This document shows, piece by piece, positions 25,709-33,701 of a stretch of 45,441 nucleotides of DNA. The stretch lies in the IMG/VR virus record IMGVR_UViG_3300029427_000006; one strand, given 5' to 3'. Every line of letters starts with the position of its first letter. Position 1 is the stretch's first letter. Below the pieces are notes generated by a model that had not been told where the DNA came from, searched no databases, and was given only the letters and a program-made list of their open reading frames with translations. Made by a program: the position numbers and the translations under genes. Source of the DNA: a virus.

Positions 25709-26662
25709 TTATGCCTCCTTGACCATGAATCGGCGCGTAGGTGCGCCAATCTTGATGTATCTGTCAACGATTTCGGGGTGTTCCTCCGTGAGCCGCTTGG
25801 TGTCGATGGTCTTTCGCGGGCTGCTGTTTTTCCAGCTTACGATGTAATTCGCGCTTTCTCCGCGCTCAGATTCGCCCATGCACTCCTTGATACGCTGCTC
25901 ATACAGGACTTTATCCCCCTCAAGCTCTTTGATTTTGCTCGTCAGCGTCATGTATTGGCTGATTGCATCGTCGCAGTCAAGCGTGATGGTCGAGCCGTCA
26001 GATACGGGATAACGCTTGGCTAGTATTTCCTCCGCCGCCTTGCTTCCGTCAACGGGCGGGCATTTGCCTTGCTCGACGTACTCGTGCCAAAAGTAGTCCT
26101 CGGCGGAGATGAGCGCCTTGATCTGGTCTTCGTTTTCTTTGCGCTTGAAGCTGTATGTATACATCCCACGACCGATGACCAGCACCACGAGCTTCCATTC
26201 ATCCCAGCCCGTGACCGCGAGATAGTGCATGCACTGTGCGTAGTACCAGGGATTGACGTCTCCGCCCGCAAAGTCGGTCTTTGTGAAAGAGGATGTCGTC
26301 TTGATCTCAACGCCGATCCTCTTACCCTTGACGCGGCGGTCGATGTTCGCCAGCATAAACGGGTGTTCGATGCTCTGCATCATCTGATTGCACCTGACAA
26401 TGGTCAGGCCGCTCTCTTCGGCGTATCGCCTCGCTACATGGTCTTCTAACACGTTTCCGAGCCAGATTGCTTCGCTCTCGCTCTCTTCCTGCGGCTCGTC
26501 CGCGCTGGTCTTATCCGCCCATACCGTGAGCGGCGATGAGAACGGGTTCAAACCGATGATCGCGGCCGCATCGCTTCCGCCGATTCCGGCTTTTCGAGCC
26601 GCGAGCCATTCAGCGCGGCTCATGTTGCGCGTGTCCTTGTACACGGTGTAGATTTCTTTCAT
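25709..26662 (-). CDS. YqaJ-like viral recombinase exonuclease (PD-(D/E)XK)
   Basis: WLAARKAGIGGSDAAAIIGLNPFSSPLTVW is the YqaJ N-terminal signature. Confidence 0.85.
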   Translation of the reverse strand: MKEIYTVYKDTRNMSRAEWLAARKAGIGGSDAAAIIGLNPFSSPLTVWADKTSADEPQEESESEAIWLGNVLEDHVARRYAEESGLTIVRCNQMMQSIEHPFMLANIDRRVKGKRIGVEIKTTSSFTKTDFAGGDVNPWYYAQCMHYLAVTGWDEWKLVVLVIGRGMYTYSFKRKENEDQIKALISAEDYFWHEYVEQGKCPPVDGSKAAEEILAKRYPVSDGSTITLDCDDAISQYMTLTSKIKELEGDKVLYEQRIKECMGESERGESANYIVSWKNSSPRKTIDTKRLTEEHPEIVDRYIKIGAPTRRFMVKEA

Positions 26663-26665
26663 TTT

Positions 26666-26890
26666 TTAAATCGCCTCCGCAAACGTCCATCCGGTGCCGA
26701 GCAGCTCAAGCCACTCTGTCGTGCTGATGCTGTCGGCGCAGTCCTCGCACAAAATCTTGTTGCCGATCTCCGCAATCTTGTCGCCCTCATAGATCGCCGC
26801 CTTGCATCTGCTGCACTGACATACAGGGACATCGGGTTCGGCGTTCGGACAATCACTCAGGCACGGGAAGTTGTGGCAGATATCACACAT
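26666..26890 (-). CDS. Small Cys-rich 74-aa protein
   Basis: RBS GGAGGGAAAGAGGG-ATG. Sequence MCDICHNFPCLSDCP...CQCSRC...CEDC. Confidence 0.55.
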   Translation of the reverse strand: MCDICHNFPCLSDCPNAEPDVPVCQCSRCKAAIYEGDKIAEIGNKILCEDCADSISTTEWLELLGTGWTFAEAI

Positions 26891-27047
26891 CCCTCTTTCC
26901 CTCCTTGTCCTTGTCCATTTCCGTGAGGATGCACCACACCAGCAGCAGCGCCGCACCGACCACGCCAACCGCCAGCGCATACGCAAGCACCATGCCCAGC
27001 CCTTCAAGCAGCCGGGCGAAGAATCCGATAAATTGCGCTTTCAACAT
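26883..27047 (-). CDS. Small 54-aa single-pass membrane protein (below the ORF-track cutoff)
   Basis: MLKAQFIGFFARLLEGLGMVLAYALAVGVVGAALLLVWCILTEMDKDKEGKRDV. RBS GGAAGGAAAAGCA. Its stop overlaps the next start. Confidence 0.45.
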   Translation of the reverse strand: MLKAQFIGFFARLLEGLGMVLAYALAVGVVGAALLLVWCILTEMDKDKEGKRDV

Positions 27048-27075
27048 TGCTTTTCCTTCCTTTTCATGCTATAAT
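27047..27075 (+). promoter_or_regulatory. Plus-strand promoter TTGCTT-17-TGcTATAAT, convergent with the early operon
   Basis: -35 at 27047-27052. Extended -10 at 27067-27075. Confidence 0.4.
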
Positions 27076-27103
27076 AGACATGGTTTAAATTTTCCATTGG
27101 CTT

Positions 27104-27137
27104 CCGCTCGTGTTGCTGCACGGGCGGCTCTTTTTTT
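27104..27137 (+). terminator. Plus-strand terminator about 25-55 nt downstream of that promoter
   Basis: ccgctcgtg-ttgctg-cacgggcgg, then ctc and T7. Confidence 0.45.
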
Positions 27138-27411
27138 ACCTTGCGATTCTCAGGCGCGGCAGTTCCACGCCGTCAAACCCCGCTTGATACTCAAGCCCTT
27201 CGGCTTGCATCAACTCGTACAACCTGCGTTCTTCCAGCTTGGTCAGCGTTTCCGGGCGGTTGATCCGATTGTACAGCGTCTTCGTCGAGACGCCGAGGTT
27301 CAGCGCCAGCTCGGCCTTGCTCATGCCGGAAACGCCGCAGAGCTGACCAACCTGCCGCCGAAAGAGATCGTCCTCCGCGCTCCAATTCCGCTGGCGCTTT
27401 TTCATGGTCAA
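27136..27411 (-). CDS. HTH DNA-binding protein of the early operon
   Basis: 91 aa. MSKAELALNLGVSTKTLYNRI is HTH-like. Translationally coupled to the cro-like gene. Confidence 0.6.
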   Translation of the reverse strand: MTMKKRQRNWSAEDDLFRRQVGQLCGVSGMSKAELALNLGVSTKTLYNRINRPETLTKLEERRLYELMQAEGLEYQAGFDGVELPRLRIAR

Positions 27412-27617
27412 ACCTCCTTACTTTTCTGGTCGGATGCTTCGACAATATCTTCAATAGATACGCCGAGTGCATTTGCAATTTTTGAAGCATTCTCCAATCG
27501 CGGGAAGCACTCGCCGCGTTCAAGCCGTCCAACGGTTATGAGCGACGTTCCGCTGCGCTTTGCAAGCTGCGCTTGCGTAAGATTCTTTTGCTTACGCAAC
27601 TGCTTGACTTTTGACAC
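27408..27617 (-). CDS. Cro-like XRE-family HTH regulator
   Basis: LTQAQLAKRSGTSLITVGRLERGE. GTG start after AAAGGAGGA. Divergent from the repressor gene. Confidence 0.75.
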   Translation of the reverse strand: MSKVKQLRKQKNLTQAQLAKRSGTSLITVGRLERGECFPRLENASKIANALGVSIEDIVEASDQKSKEV

Positions 27618-27670
27618 GCGCCAAATCCTCCTTTCATCTCAAAATTGATACCAAATCGATTTTTGTTGAT

Positions 27671-27767
27671 TCAGTTTTGATACAATGCTATTTTACATCA
27701 TTACTGATACGTTGTCAAGTGCTTTTGTATCAGTTCTGATATTTTTATTTTGTGTCAGTTATGATAT
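27671..27767. promoter_or_regulatory. Three operator-like repeats TCAGTTnTGATAy, plus an inverted CTGATAC/GTATCAG pair
   Basis: Copies at 27671-27683, 27730-27742 and 27755-27767. Inverted-repeat arms at 27704-27710 and 27727-27733. Extended -10 TGaTATACT at 27762-27770. Confidence 0.5.
27690..27718 (-). promoter_or_regulatory. Early lytic promoter (PR-like) TTGACA-17-TAAAAT
   Basis: Minus strand has -35 at 27718-27713 and -10 at 27695-27690. Confidence 0.6.
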
Positions 27768-27791
27768 ACTAGAGCTAAAGGGGGTGATACA

Positions 27792-28142
27792 ATGACGAAT
27801 ACATCAGAGCGGATTCTGAATTTACGAAAGGTGAAAAAAATGGGGCAAGAAGAATTTGCCGAGCTTTGCGGATTGTCCAGATCGTCTATTGCACGATATG
27901 AGAGCGGAAAGCCGATAAACCGAATTGCAGCTCAAAAAATATCTGTCGCGTGTGACGTTCCGATTTCGTATATTCTTGACGATCAAAAAGAACCCGGCCA
28001 TTTTTCAGGCGGGTTCTCTGACGATGAGATTGAAATTATCTCGATGTATAGGGCTGTTTCTCAAGATGGTCGGGATGCAACGAAATCCTTTTTACGAGCG
28101 CTCTCTGGTAAACACGGAAAATCCACCGTCGCACTGGACTAA
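27792..28142 (+). CDS. CI-like repressor (XRE HTH)
   Basis: GQEEFAELCGLSRSSIARYESGK. Divergent from the cro-like gene, on the same strand as the integrase. Confidence 0.75.
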   Translation: MTNTSERILNLRKVKKMGQEEFAELCGLSRSSIARYESGKPINRIAAQKISVACDVPISYILDDQKEPGHFSGGFSDDEIEIISMYRAVSQDGRDATKSFLRALSGKHGKSTVALD

Positions 28143-28421
28143 GATCGCGATACATTGCAATGATATACTTTTCTTCTGTTGTCAGCTTTTGTGCGTTCTT
28201 TCCTTTTTTCGTTTCCATTTAAATCACCTCGTTCAGTAGTCACGCGCAAACGTGCTGACGCAGTTTTTCAACTCGGCTTGTTGCTTACCCTCTCCGGCGG
28301 CGGCATTTCAAGCGGCCTGCGCGGCTGAGATAAAACTATAATAATTATCATCGGCGTTCCCTCCATTGCTTGTATTATATTCCGCTAATTACGAAAAAAG
28401 CATACGAAAGGGGTTAAGAAA

Positions 28422-29009
28422 ATGAAAAGAATCGTTGCTCTGCTGGCTCTGATGTTTGCTCTTCTTCCCATGTATGTCATAGCAGAAAACAAGATCGACC
28501 CGAAGGACTGCATCCCGTTCCCGGCTGACTGTAAAAAGGCGGATGTCGCCGCCACCGCTCTCTATGCTGTCGATGTTCCCGATCCTCAAAGTTACGATTG
28601 GAGTTCAAGTGCGGAAGCCCTGCACGTTACGGAGGATGGTGTGTTCTCCCTGTTTCTGGGGAAAGGCACGTTGACGGGCGTTCCGAAGGACGGCAAAGGG
28701 GAAACGATCAAGATATCATTGTCCGCGCCCGATACCTATTTCAGCTCTAAGGATATCGTCATAGATTCGCCCGATGGCGAAGATTTGTATATGCTCCTCA
28801 GCGCAAATAGCGGCTCACATTTCTGCATCGTCAGCACACAGGGGGATCAGTGTTTTACTTATGACAGAATAAACGAGCGCAAGTATGGAATATGTGAAGC
28901 CTATCACATCGCGCCCGTCAGCGAGGGAAAAGGATCTATCATATATACAATCGATAACAGCAAACAATATAAAATCAACATCACGGTCAAAGAATCTGCC
29001 ATCGAATAA
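28422..29009 (+). CDS. Secreted protein (signal peptide), moron in the lysogeny module
   Basis: MKRIVALLALMFALLPMYVIA-ENK resembles a signal peptide. RBS AAAGGGG. The region is A/T-rich by eye. Confidence 0.65.
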   Translation: MKRIVALLALMFALLPMYVIAENKIDPKDCIPFPADCKKADVAATALYAVDVPDPQSYDWSSSAEALHVTEDGVFSLFLGKGTLTGVPKDGKGETIKISLSAPDTYFSSKDIVIDSPDGEDLYMLLSANSGSHFCIVSTQGDQCFTYDRINERKYGICEAYHIAPVSEGKGSIIYTIDNSKQYKINITVKESAIE

Positions 29010-29039
29010 GCAAACGTAAGAACGAAAGAAGGGCTAAAA

Positions 29040-29804
29040 TTGGCTAAGAAAGAGAAAAAGAAAGCAGGCTGTTTATCCCGCATTTTCAAAGCGTTTTCCT
29101 ATTTTTGCGTTGCAATCGTCGTCTTGGCGTTCATTGGCTCGGTAAACAAGCACAGCAGCGAAGACACAGCAGCGCAGGATGAACCGAATGTGCAAGTTGA
29201 GCAGACAGCCCGCGCGGAGAAAACCCCAGCGCCGGCGAAAACGCCAAAGCCCACAAAAACGCCGAAGCCCACAAACACACCAAAGCCAACAAATACGCCG
29301 AAACCGACGGCAACGCCTGAGCCCGATACCCTACAAGGATGGGCGGAATCCGTCGCGAACTCTGTATATGGCAGTTACGACCCCAAGTACAGTGACTTGA
29401 TCTCCGTGACGTGTGAGCAAATGCTCGGCGAGGATGCGCCCATGATTCAGCTCGACGTGAAATATCCAGATACCTTCATGCGTAAGAACGATGATCGAAT
29501 GGGCGGCTTCCTGTATAACGCAAAAGAAGCGAACGAGAAGTTCGCAAATCTCGCTAAAGATGGAAAAATCGTGTACGGGTCGGTTAATATCGTCGCTCAT
29601 ACGACGTATCTTGACAAGTACGGCAACGAGAGCGACGGTATGGCTGCATCTATCCGCGTGAAAGCATCGGAAGCGGCAAAGGTCAACTGGGATATTCGCA
29701 ACTTTACTGCTGAGATGATGCCGGGGATCGCCGTTTCTTTCGGTATCAATCCGATCATCCGTGACGGCCTGTCGCTCGAATACTACGCAAAAATCCGCTA
29801 CTAA
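29040..29804 (+). CDS. Membrane-anchored protein with a TPKPT repeat linker
   Basis: Basic N-terminus, a TM segment (FSYFCVAIVVLAFIGSV), (K/N)TPKPT x5, then a C-terminal domain of about 150 aa. TTG start. Confidence 0.65.
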   Translation: MAKKEKKKAGCLSRIFKAFSYFCVAIVVLAFIGSVNKHSSEDTAAQDEPNVQVEQTARAEKTPAPAKTPKPTKTPKPTNTPKPTNTPKPTATPEPDTLQGWAESVANSVYGSYDPKYSDLISVTCEQMLGEDAPMIQLDVKYPDTFMRKNDDRMGGFLYNAKEANEKFANLAKDGKIVYGSVNIVAHTTYLDKYGNESDGMAASIRVKASEAAKVNWDIRNFTAEMMPGIAVSFGINPIIRDGLSLEYYAKIRY

Positions 29805-29875
29805 TCGCTTGAAATGAAAACAAGCGATGTTTTGTCAACGTCGGCAAAACATAAGGTCGCGCTAAGCGACAAAAA

Positions 29876-29904
29876 AGGCGCGTCCTGATGGGCGCGTCTT
29901 TTGG
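29876..29904. terminator. Bidirectional terminator between convergent genes
   Basis: aggcgcgtcc-tgat-gggcgcgtct, flanked by an A6 run upstream and tttgg downstream. Confidence 0.6.
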
Positions 29905-29905
29905 T

Positions 29906-30193
29906 TTAGCCCTTCATGGGGCAACATGACACTGGTGTGTGCGTGAATGCGATGCCGTAATCTTCAAGAGAGGACGAATTGCCGAAACAATTTTCTGCCT
30001 TGAAGCATTCGATCGCTCTGTTAAAAGCCATCTTCTTCTGCTCGTGGGTAAGTTCCTCCGGGAGTCCCTTCAAGCAAGCTCGAAGATTCTCCACGATTGC
30101 AAGTACGATTGTGTTTTCGTCCGCGTGCATTTCGTTTTCCTCAAGCATGACCTCCGGGAGACGCAACGCGAACATCCGATTTACATCTTTCAT
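29906..30193 (-). CDS. Hypothetical 95-aa protein
   Basis: Tracked ORF with RBS AAAGGCGGTGA. No recognisable motif. Confidence 0.5.
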   Translation of the reverse strand: MKDVNRMFALRLPEVMLEENEMHADENTIVLAIVENLRACLKGLPEELTHEQKKMAFNRAIECFKAENCFGNSSSLEDYGIAFTHTPVSCCPMKG

Positions 30194-30274
30194 ACGTTCA
30201 CCGCCTTTCTTTTTTTATCATATGCCGATTTTTGAGGAATATACTATCAAATAATTATCAAAAGGGGGATTTTT

Positions 30275-31390
30275 ATGGCAAAAGCAAAAAAATTGCCGTC
30301 CGGCAACTGGCGAACACAGGTTTACCTCGGAAAGGATGCAGCAGGAAAGCCCATTGTCGAATCCTTCACCGCCTCGACTGCCCGCGAATCTGAACGCCTC
30401 GCTGCCGTCGCCGCCGCCGATCACAAGCGGAAGAAGAAGCAAACGCTGACGCTCGGTCAGGCAATGGACGAGTTTATAGACACGTGCCGGGTACAAGGCT
30501 ATTCGCCGTCCACAATTCCGGCGTATGTCTCGATACGGGAGAACAGCTTCCCGGTGCTTATCTCTTTACGCTTAGATCAAATCACAGAGCGGGATATCCA
30601 AAAAGCGATTGACGCAAGAGCTAAAGATCATGCCGTGAAAACGGTTCGGAATGAGTTTTACTTTCTGCGCTCTGTTTTGGGCAAATACGCGCCTGATTTG
30701 AATTTGTCCGGGATTGTCATAGCCAAAAGGAAGAAACAGAAGAAGCAGCTTTTTTCCGAAAACTGGGCGCGAGACGTGCTGGCCTATGCAAAAGAGAATT
30801 GGGAAACGGATTACTACCTTTATTGCTGCTTCATTGTGAGCGCGGGTTTGCGCCCGTCTGAGGCGTATGCTTTGACGTGGGGGGATATGTCCGCTGAACC
30901 TGTTTCCGCAATCAGCAGAGACGGGAAAGCGTACAAGATGGGGCTTTTAAGCATCGACAAGGCCACAGTGCGCGATGAATCCCGCTCATACGTCAGAAAA
31001 AACGTCACAAAAACAGATGCCGGAGAGCGCGCGCTTCGTCTCGACTGGTCTTTTTTCCAAAATCTGTACGACTGCAAGCCACGAGGCGCTGACCATGCCC
31101 AAATACTGACGCTAAAGCCGAACCTCGTTGACTACCGTTGGAAAAAATGCAGGGCGGCGCTTGGGCTTCCCGAAAAGATGCGCTTTTACGATCTGCGTCA
31201 TTTTTTTGCAACATCCGTTGCCTACTCCGGCGCGTCCGAGGAAGAGCTTGCCCGCGTCATGGGTCATTCAACGTCCGCTTTCTCCCATCAGGTGTACGTC
31301 GAGCTTTTCCGCGAACGGCAGGAATCCGTAAACGCCGAGCTGGCCGCAGGAACGGCGGCGCTCTACGAATCCATCAAGAAACCCGTGTGA
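30275..31390 (+). CDS. int: Tyrosine recombinase / phage integrase
   Basis: RPSEAYALTW (catalytic Arg region), YDLRHFFAT, MGHSTSAFSHQVYVE (His/Tyr region). Lies adjacent to attP. Confidence 0.95.
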   Translation: MAKAKKLPSGNWRTQVYLGKDAAGKPIVESFTASTARESERLAAVAAADHKRKKKQTLTLGQAMDEFIDTCRVQGYSPSTIPAYVSIRENSFPVLISLRLDQITERDIQKAIDARAKDHAVKTVRNEFYFLRSVLGKYAPDLNLSGIVIAKRKKQKKQLFSENWARDVLAYAKENWETDYYLYCCFIVSAGLRPSEAYALTWGDMSAEPVSAISRDGKAYKMGLLSIDKATVRDESRSYVRKNVTKTDAGERALRLDWSFFQNLYDCKPRGADHAQILTLKPNLVDYRWKKCRAALGLPEKMRFYDLRHFFATSVAYSGASEEELARVMGHSTSAFSHQVYVELFRERQESVNAELAAGTAALYESIKKPV

Positions 31391-31614
31391 AATTCCGTGT
31401 GAAATGATTTTGCAAAAGTTCACACGAAACTGGAAACGTGATACACGAAACGAGTAATAATTTACACTGAATAAAATAGACGGCAAAAGAAAAAATCCAG
31501 AAACCTTTGTGGCCTCTGGATTTCCTGTTTGGTGCGGTAGATGGGACTTGAACCCATTTGTTCCAGTTGTATTTACTAGCTTTTTTGTTCTTCGTGTGAA
31601 ATTTCGTGTGAAAT
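31384..31614. other. attP region: arm-type repeats CGTGTGAAAT flanking a tRNA-3'-end core
   Basis: Direct copies start at 31384, 31396, 31593 and 31605. Inverted copies (ACACGAAAC) lie at 31422-31430 and 31443-31451. Confidence 0.6.
31530..31557 (-). other. attP core: 3' end of a tRNA gene (T-arm + acceptor + CCA), not a complete tRNA
   Basis: Minus strand reads ATGGGTTCAAGTCCCATCTACCGCACCA. The upstream sequence does not fold as the rest of a tRNA. Confidence 0.6.
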
Positions 31615-31628
31615 CGCGCCAAAAACAG

Positions 31629-31949
31629 CTAGTTTCGATATGCTTTCAGCTTTCGGATCGCCGCCGCGTATGCCTTCGGCGCGACGATCTGCAAGCCCTG
31701 AATCGTGTCTTCCAGCGCATCGACAAGCTCGGCAGACGACAAGCCTGCACACGCAGCGCGGAACTCGCTTTCCGGCTCCGCCGCCATCGAGTACGCCGAA
31801 ACGGGCGCTTCCTTCACATCCTGCACAGATTCGCTTGCCATGTGTGCCCGAAGACCGTACAGCACCGCCAGACGTTCAGCGTCTTTCACGCTCGTCCCTT
31901 CGCGCTTGATCTTGGTGATGGTTTCGTCGATCTCTTTCAGGTCGATCAA
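31629..31949 (-). CDS. Hypothetical 106-aa protein (last gene before attP)
   Basis: TTG start after GGTGAG. Acidic and helical in composition. Confidence 0.5.
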   Translation of the reverse strand: MIDLKEIDETITKIKREGTSVKDAERLAVLYGLRAHMASESVQDVKEAPVSAYSMAAEPESEFRAACAGLSSAELVDALEDTIQGLQIVAPKAYAAAIRKLKAYRN

Positions 31950-31965
31950 TGCCGCTCACCGCCCG

Positions 31966-32334
31966 TCAGGCGTTGCGCAGCTCGTCCATCGCGCGGCGGA
32001 TGATTTCGCGCTGTTCGCCGGTCGCGTCGCGCATGATCTCTTCCATTTTGCGCATCATGCTTTCGCGCCCGTCGTCACGGCTGTAATGCCCGCGCACATA
32101 ATGCTCACCGCGCCGGTCGTTGCGCCCATAGCTTCCGCGCACGTCAGCGCGCCACTCCGCGCTGTTGCTGTACCCTTCGTCCTCAAGAATTTCGATTTTG
32201 TCAATATTTTTGATGGTGTCGGTCAGCTTGTGGACGGTTTCGAGGTCGCCGGGGTTCATGTCGCGCTTGGCGGCGATTTTGTCCAGCTCATCGCAAAGCA
32301 TATCGCGCAAGTCGCGCATCGCTTTCATGCTCAT
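31966..32334 (-). CDS. Hypothetical 122-aa charged protein (RGEHYVRGHYSRDDGRE motif)
   Basis: RBS AAAGGAGCAAAAA-ATG. Helical ends with an R/D/G/Y-rich centre. Confidence 0.55.
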   Translation of the reverse strand: MSMKAMRDLRDMLCDELDKIAAKRDMNPGDLETVHKLTDTIKNIDKIEILEDEGYSNSAEWRADVRGSYGRNDRRGEHYVRGHYSRDDGRESMMRKMEEIMRDATGEQREIIRRAMDELRNA

Positions 32335-32348
32335 TTTTTGCTCCTTTC

Positions 32349-32771
32349 TCACGCCTGCCGCGTGACGATCAGGTTTGCGTTGGCAACGTCAATCGCTTGC
32401 GCACTGATGTTTTTCAGCGCGGCGGTTACGCAGCATCCACGCGGCACATCGACAAACGCAGAGACGGAAACATTAAAATAGTTCTCGACCGCCGCAGGGG
32501 TGACGATAGCGACGGCGCTATTCAGCGTCTCGCCGTTTATCGTCAGCGCAACGGAGATCGCTTCAACCGTTCCGCCAGTCGGAATGGCAATGTTCCCGGC
32601 GAAGTCCACAAAGTACCGCGCTCGGCACTGGTTCGTCAGGCCGCGAAGTGTTACGATTCCCGCGCCCTCTCGATGGACGATGCACGGAGAGCCGCAAATC
32701 GGCGTTTCGGTCAGCGGTAGATTCTGGCCAGCCGCGACAAGTGCCGTGCTGGCGTTGGTATACTCAGCCAT
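32349..32771 (-). CDS. Hypothetical 140-aa beta-rich protein (possible TNF/C1q-type jelly roll resembling exosporium BclA-CTD/ExsFA-type proteins)
   Basis: RBS GAAAGGAGATAATCT-ATG. The call is a by-eye resemblance only (the ...IDVANANLIVTRQA end and alternating hydrophobic strands). Confidence 0.5.
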   Translation of the reverse strand: MAEYTNASTALVAAGQNLPLTETPICGSPCIVHREGAGIVTLRGLTNQCRARYFVDFAGNIAIPTGGTVEAISVALTINGETLNSAVAIVTPAAVENYFNVSVSAFVDVPRGCCVTAALKNISAQAIDVANANLIVTRQA

Positions 32772-32885
32772 AGATTATCTCCTTTCATAAGAAACGGCGG
32801 GACACATTCGCCCCGCCGTCGTTGCAGAATCAGCTCAGGGCTGAACAGCTCGGTCGCGCCGAACAGTTGCATCTCTTATGCGATT

Positions 32886-33701
32886 TTAGCAGCCACAACC
32901 GGCGTTAGCAGCGCAGCCGTAACCGTAACCGCCCGTGTAGGGGTTCGGCACCTGATACGCAGGGACGGCGACAGGCTGACGCAGCGCGTTGATGATCTGC
33001 GCAGTCTGCGCCCCCATCTCCGTGGTCAGCAGCGCAGACTGACGCTCCTGCGACGCGGCGCGGCGAAGATCGGTGTTTTCCGCCTGCAACGTCGCGATCT
33101 TGTCCTGCGTCAGGAAGTCGAGAATCGCACGGCTGTTGGCGTTCTGGTTGTCGATCACGTCGCGGGTGTTGCTGTTAAGCGTGTTCTGGATGGCGCAGAA
33201 GCCCTGCTGCATCTGGTTGCGCGTGTCGCAAGCCTGAGTAGCGAGGTTGTAATTCACGCCCTGAATCGCTTCGCGCGTCTCGCAGCAGCAGTTAGCTTGC
33301 TGCATCTGCATCGTAAAGAGCTGCTGCATGAGCGCCGCCTGCTGGTTCGCACGGGAAAGATCCGCCGCGCTGAAACCGCTATTGACGGCGTTGGTGATGG
33401 CGTAGGTGCTGTCACAAAGCCCGTTCTGGATGGCGCGGATGCCGTTGTCAATGCCGTTGATGGCAAAGCCTTCGTTGATGTCCGCGCGGGTCGCGTAGCC
33501 TTGGAAGCCCGGAGAATTAGCGCCGTTGTTGCCGAAGCCGCCGCCCCAGCCCATGCCGCCCCAGCCGCAGAACATGAAGAGGAACAGAACGATGATCAAC
33601 CACGCGCCGTTCCCGTCTCCAAACATGCCGCCGTTGTTGCGATTTCCACCCGTTACCGCCGCGATATCGGCAGGGGTCATTTCAGAGGTTGTCAAAGACA
33701 T
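32886..33701 (-). CDS. Protein with GG-leader-like N-terminus, Gly/Trp-rich TM segment, N/Q-rich Cys-containing helices and a Cys-rich tail
   Basis: MSLTTSEMTPADIAAVTGG-NRNNGG..WLIIVLFLFMFCGWGGMGWGGG...CCCETRE...GYGYGCAANAGCGC. ATG at 33701 is 9 nt after AAAGGA; GTG at 33707 is an alternative start. Confidence 0.6.
   Translation of the reverse strand: MSLTTSEMTPADIAAVTGGNRNNGGMFGDGNGAWLIIVLFLFMFCGWGGMGWGGGFGNNGANSPGFQGYATRADINEGFAINGIDNGIRAIQNGLCDSTYAITNAVNSGFSAADLSRANQQAALMQQLFTMQMQQANCCCETREAIQGVNYNLATQACDTRNQMQQGFCAIQNTLNSNTRDVIDNQNANSRAILDFLTQDKIATLQAENTDLRRAASQERQSALLTTEMGAQTAQIINALRQPVAVPAYQVPNPYTGGYGYGCAANAGCGC

Noticed and set aside
24749-26023. Long plus-strand ORFs antisense to well-supported minus-strand genes. 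Examples: 24749..26023 (424 aa), 36297..37352, 42392..43501, 40160..41115, 6552..7493, 821..1615.
   Set aside because: They overlap recognisable genes (RecT, exonuclease, fibres, capsid) on the opposite strand. Their composition is Arg/Ala/Pro-rich shadow-frame sequence with no RBS. They are typical GC-rich antisense artefacts.
28036-28218. A 60-aa minus-strand ORF with a good RBS (GAGGTGATTTAA-ATG), convergent with and overlapping the repressor 3' end. Its TTEEKYIIAMYRDLS echoes the repressor's DDEIEIISMYRAVS.
   Set aside because: More than half of it is antisense to the repressor gene and looks like non-protein sequence. It may be a remnant of a displaced gene, but it cannot be supported as functional.
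31530-31615. A complete tRNA gene at the attP core (and likewise at 24171-24250).
   Set aside because: Only the T-arm, 3' acceptor strand and CCA are present. Sequence where the anticodon arm, D-arm and 5' acceptor strand should lie does not pair. These are treated as tRNA fragments. I could not run a covariance model.
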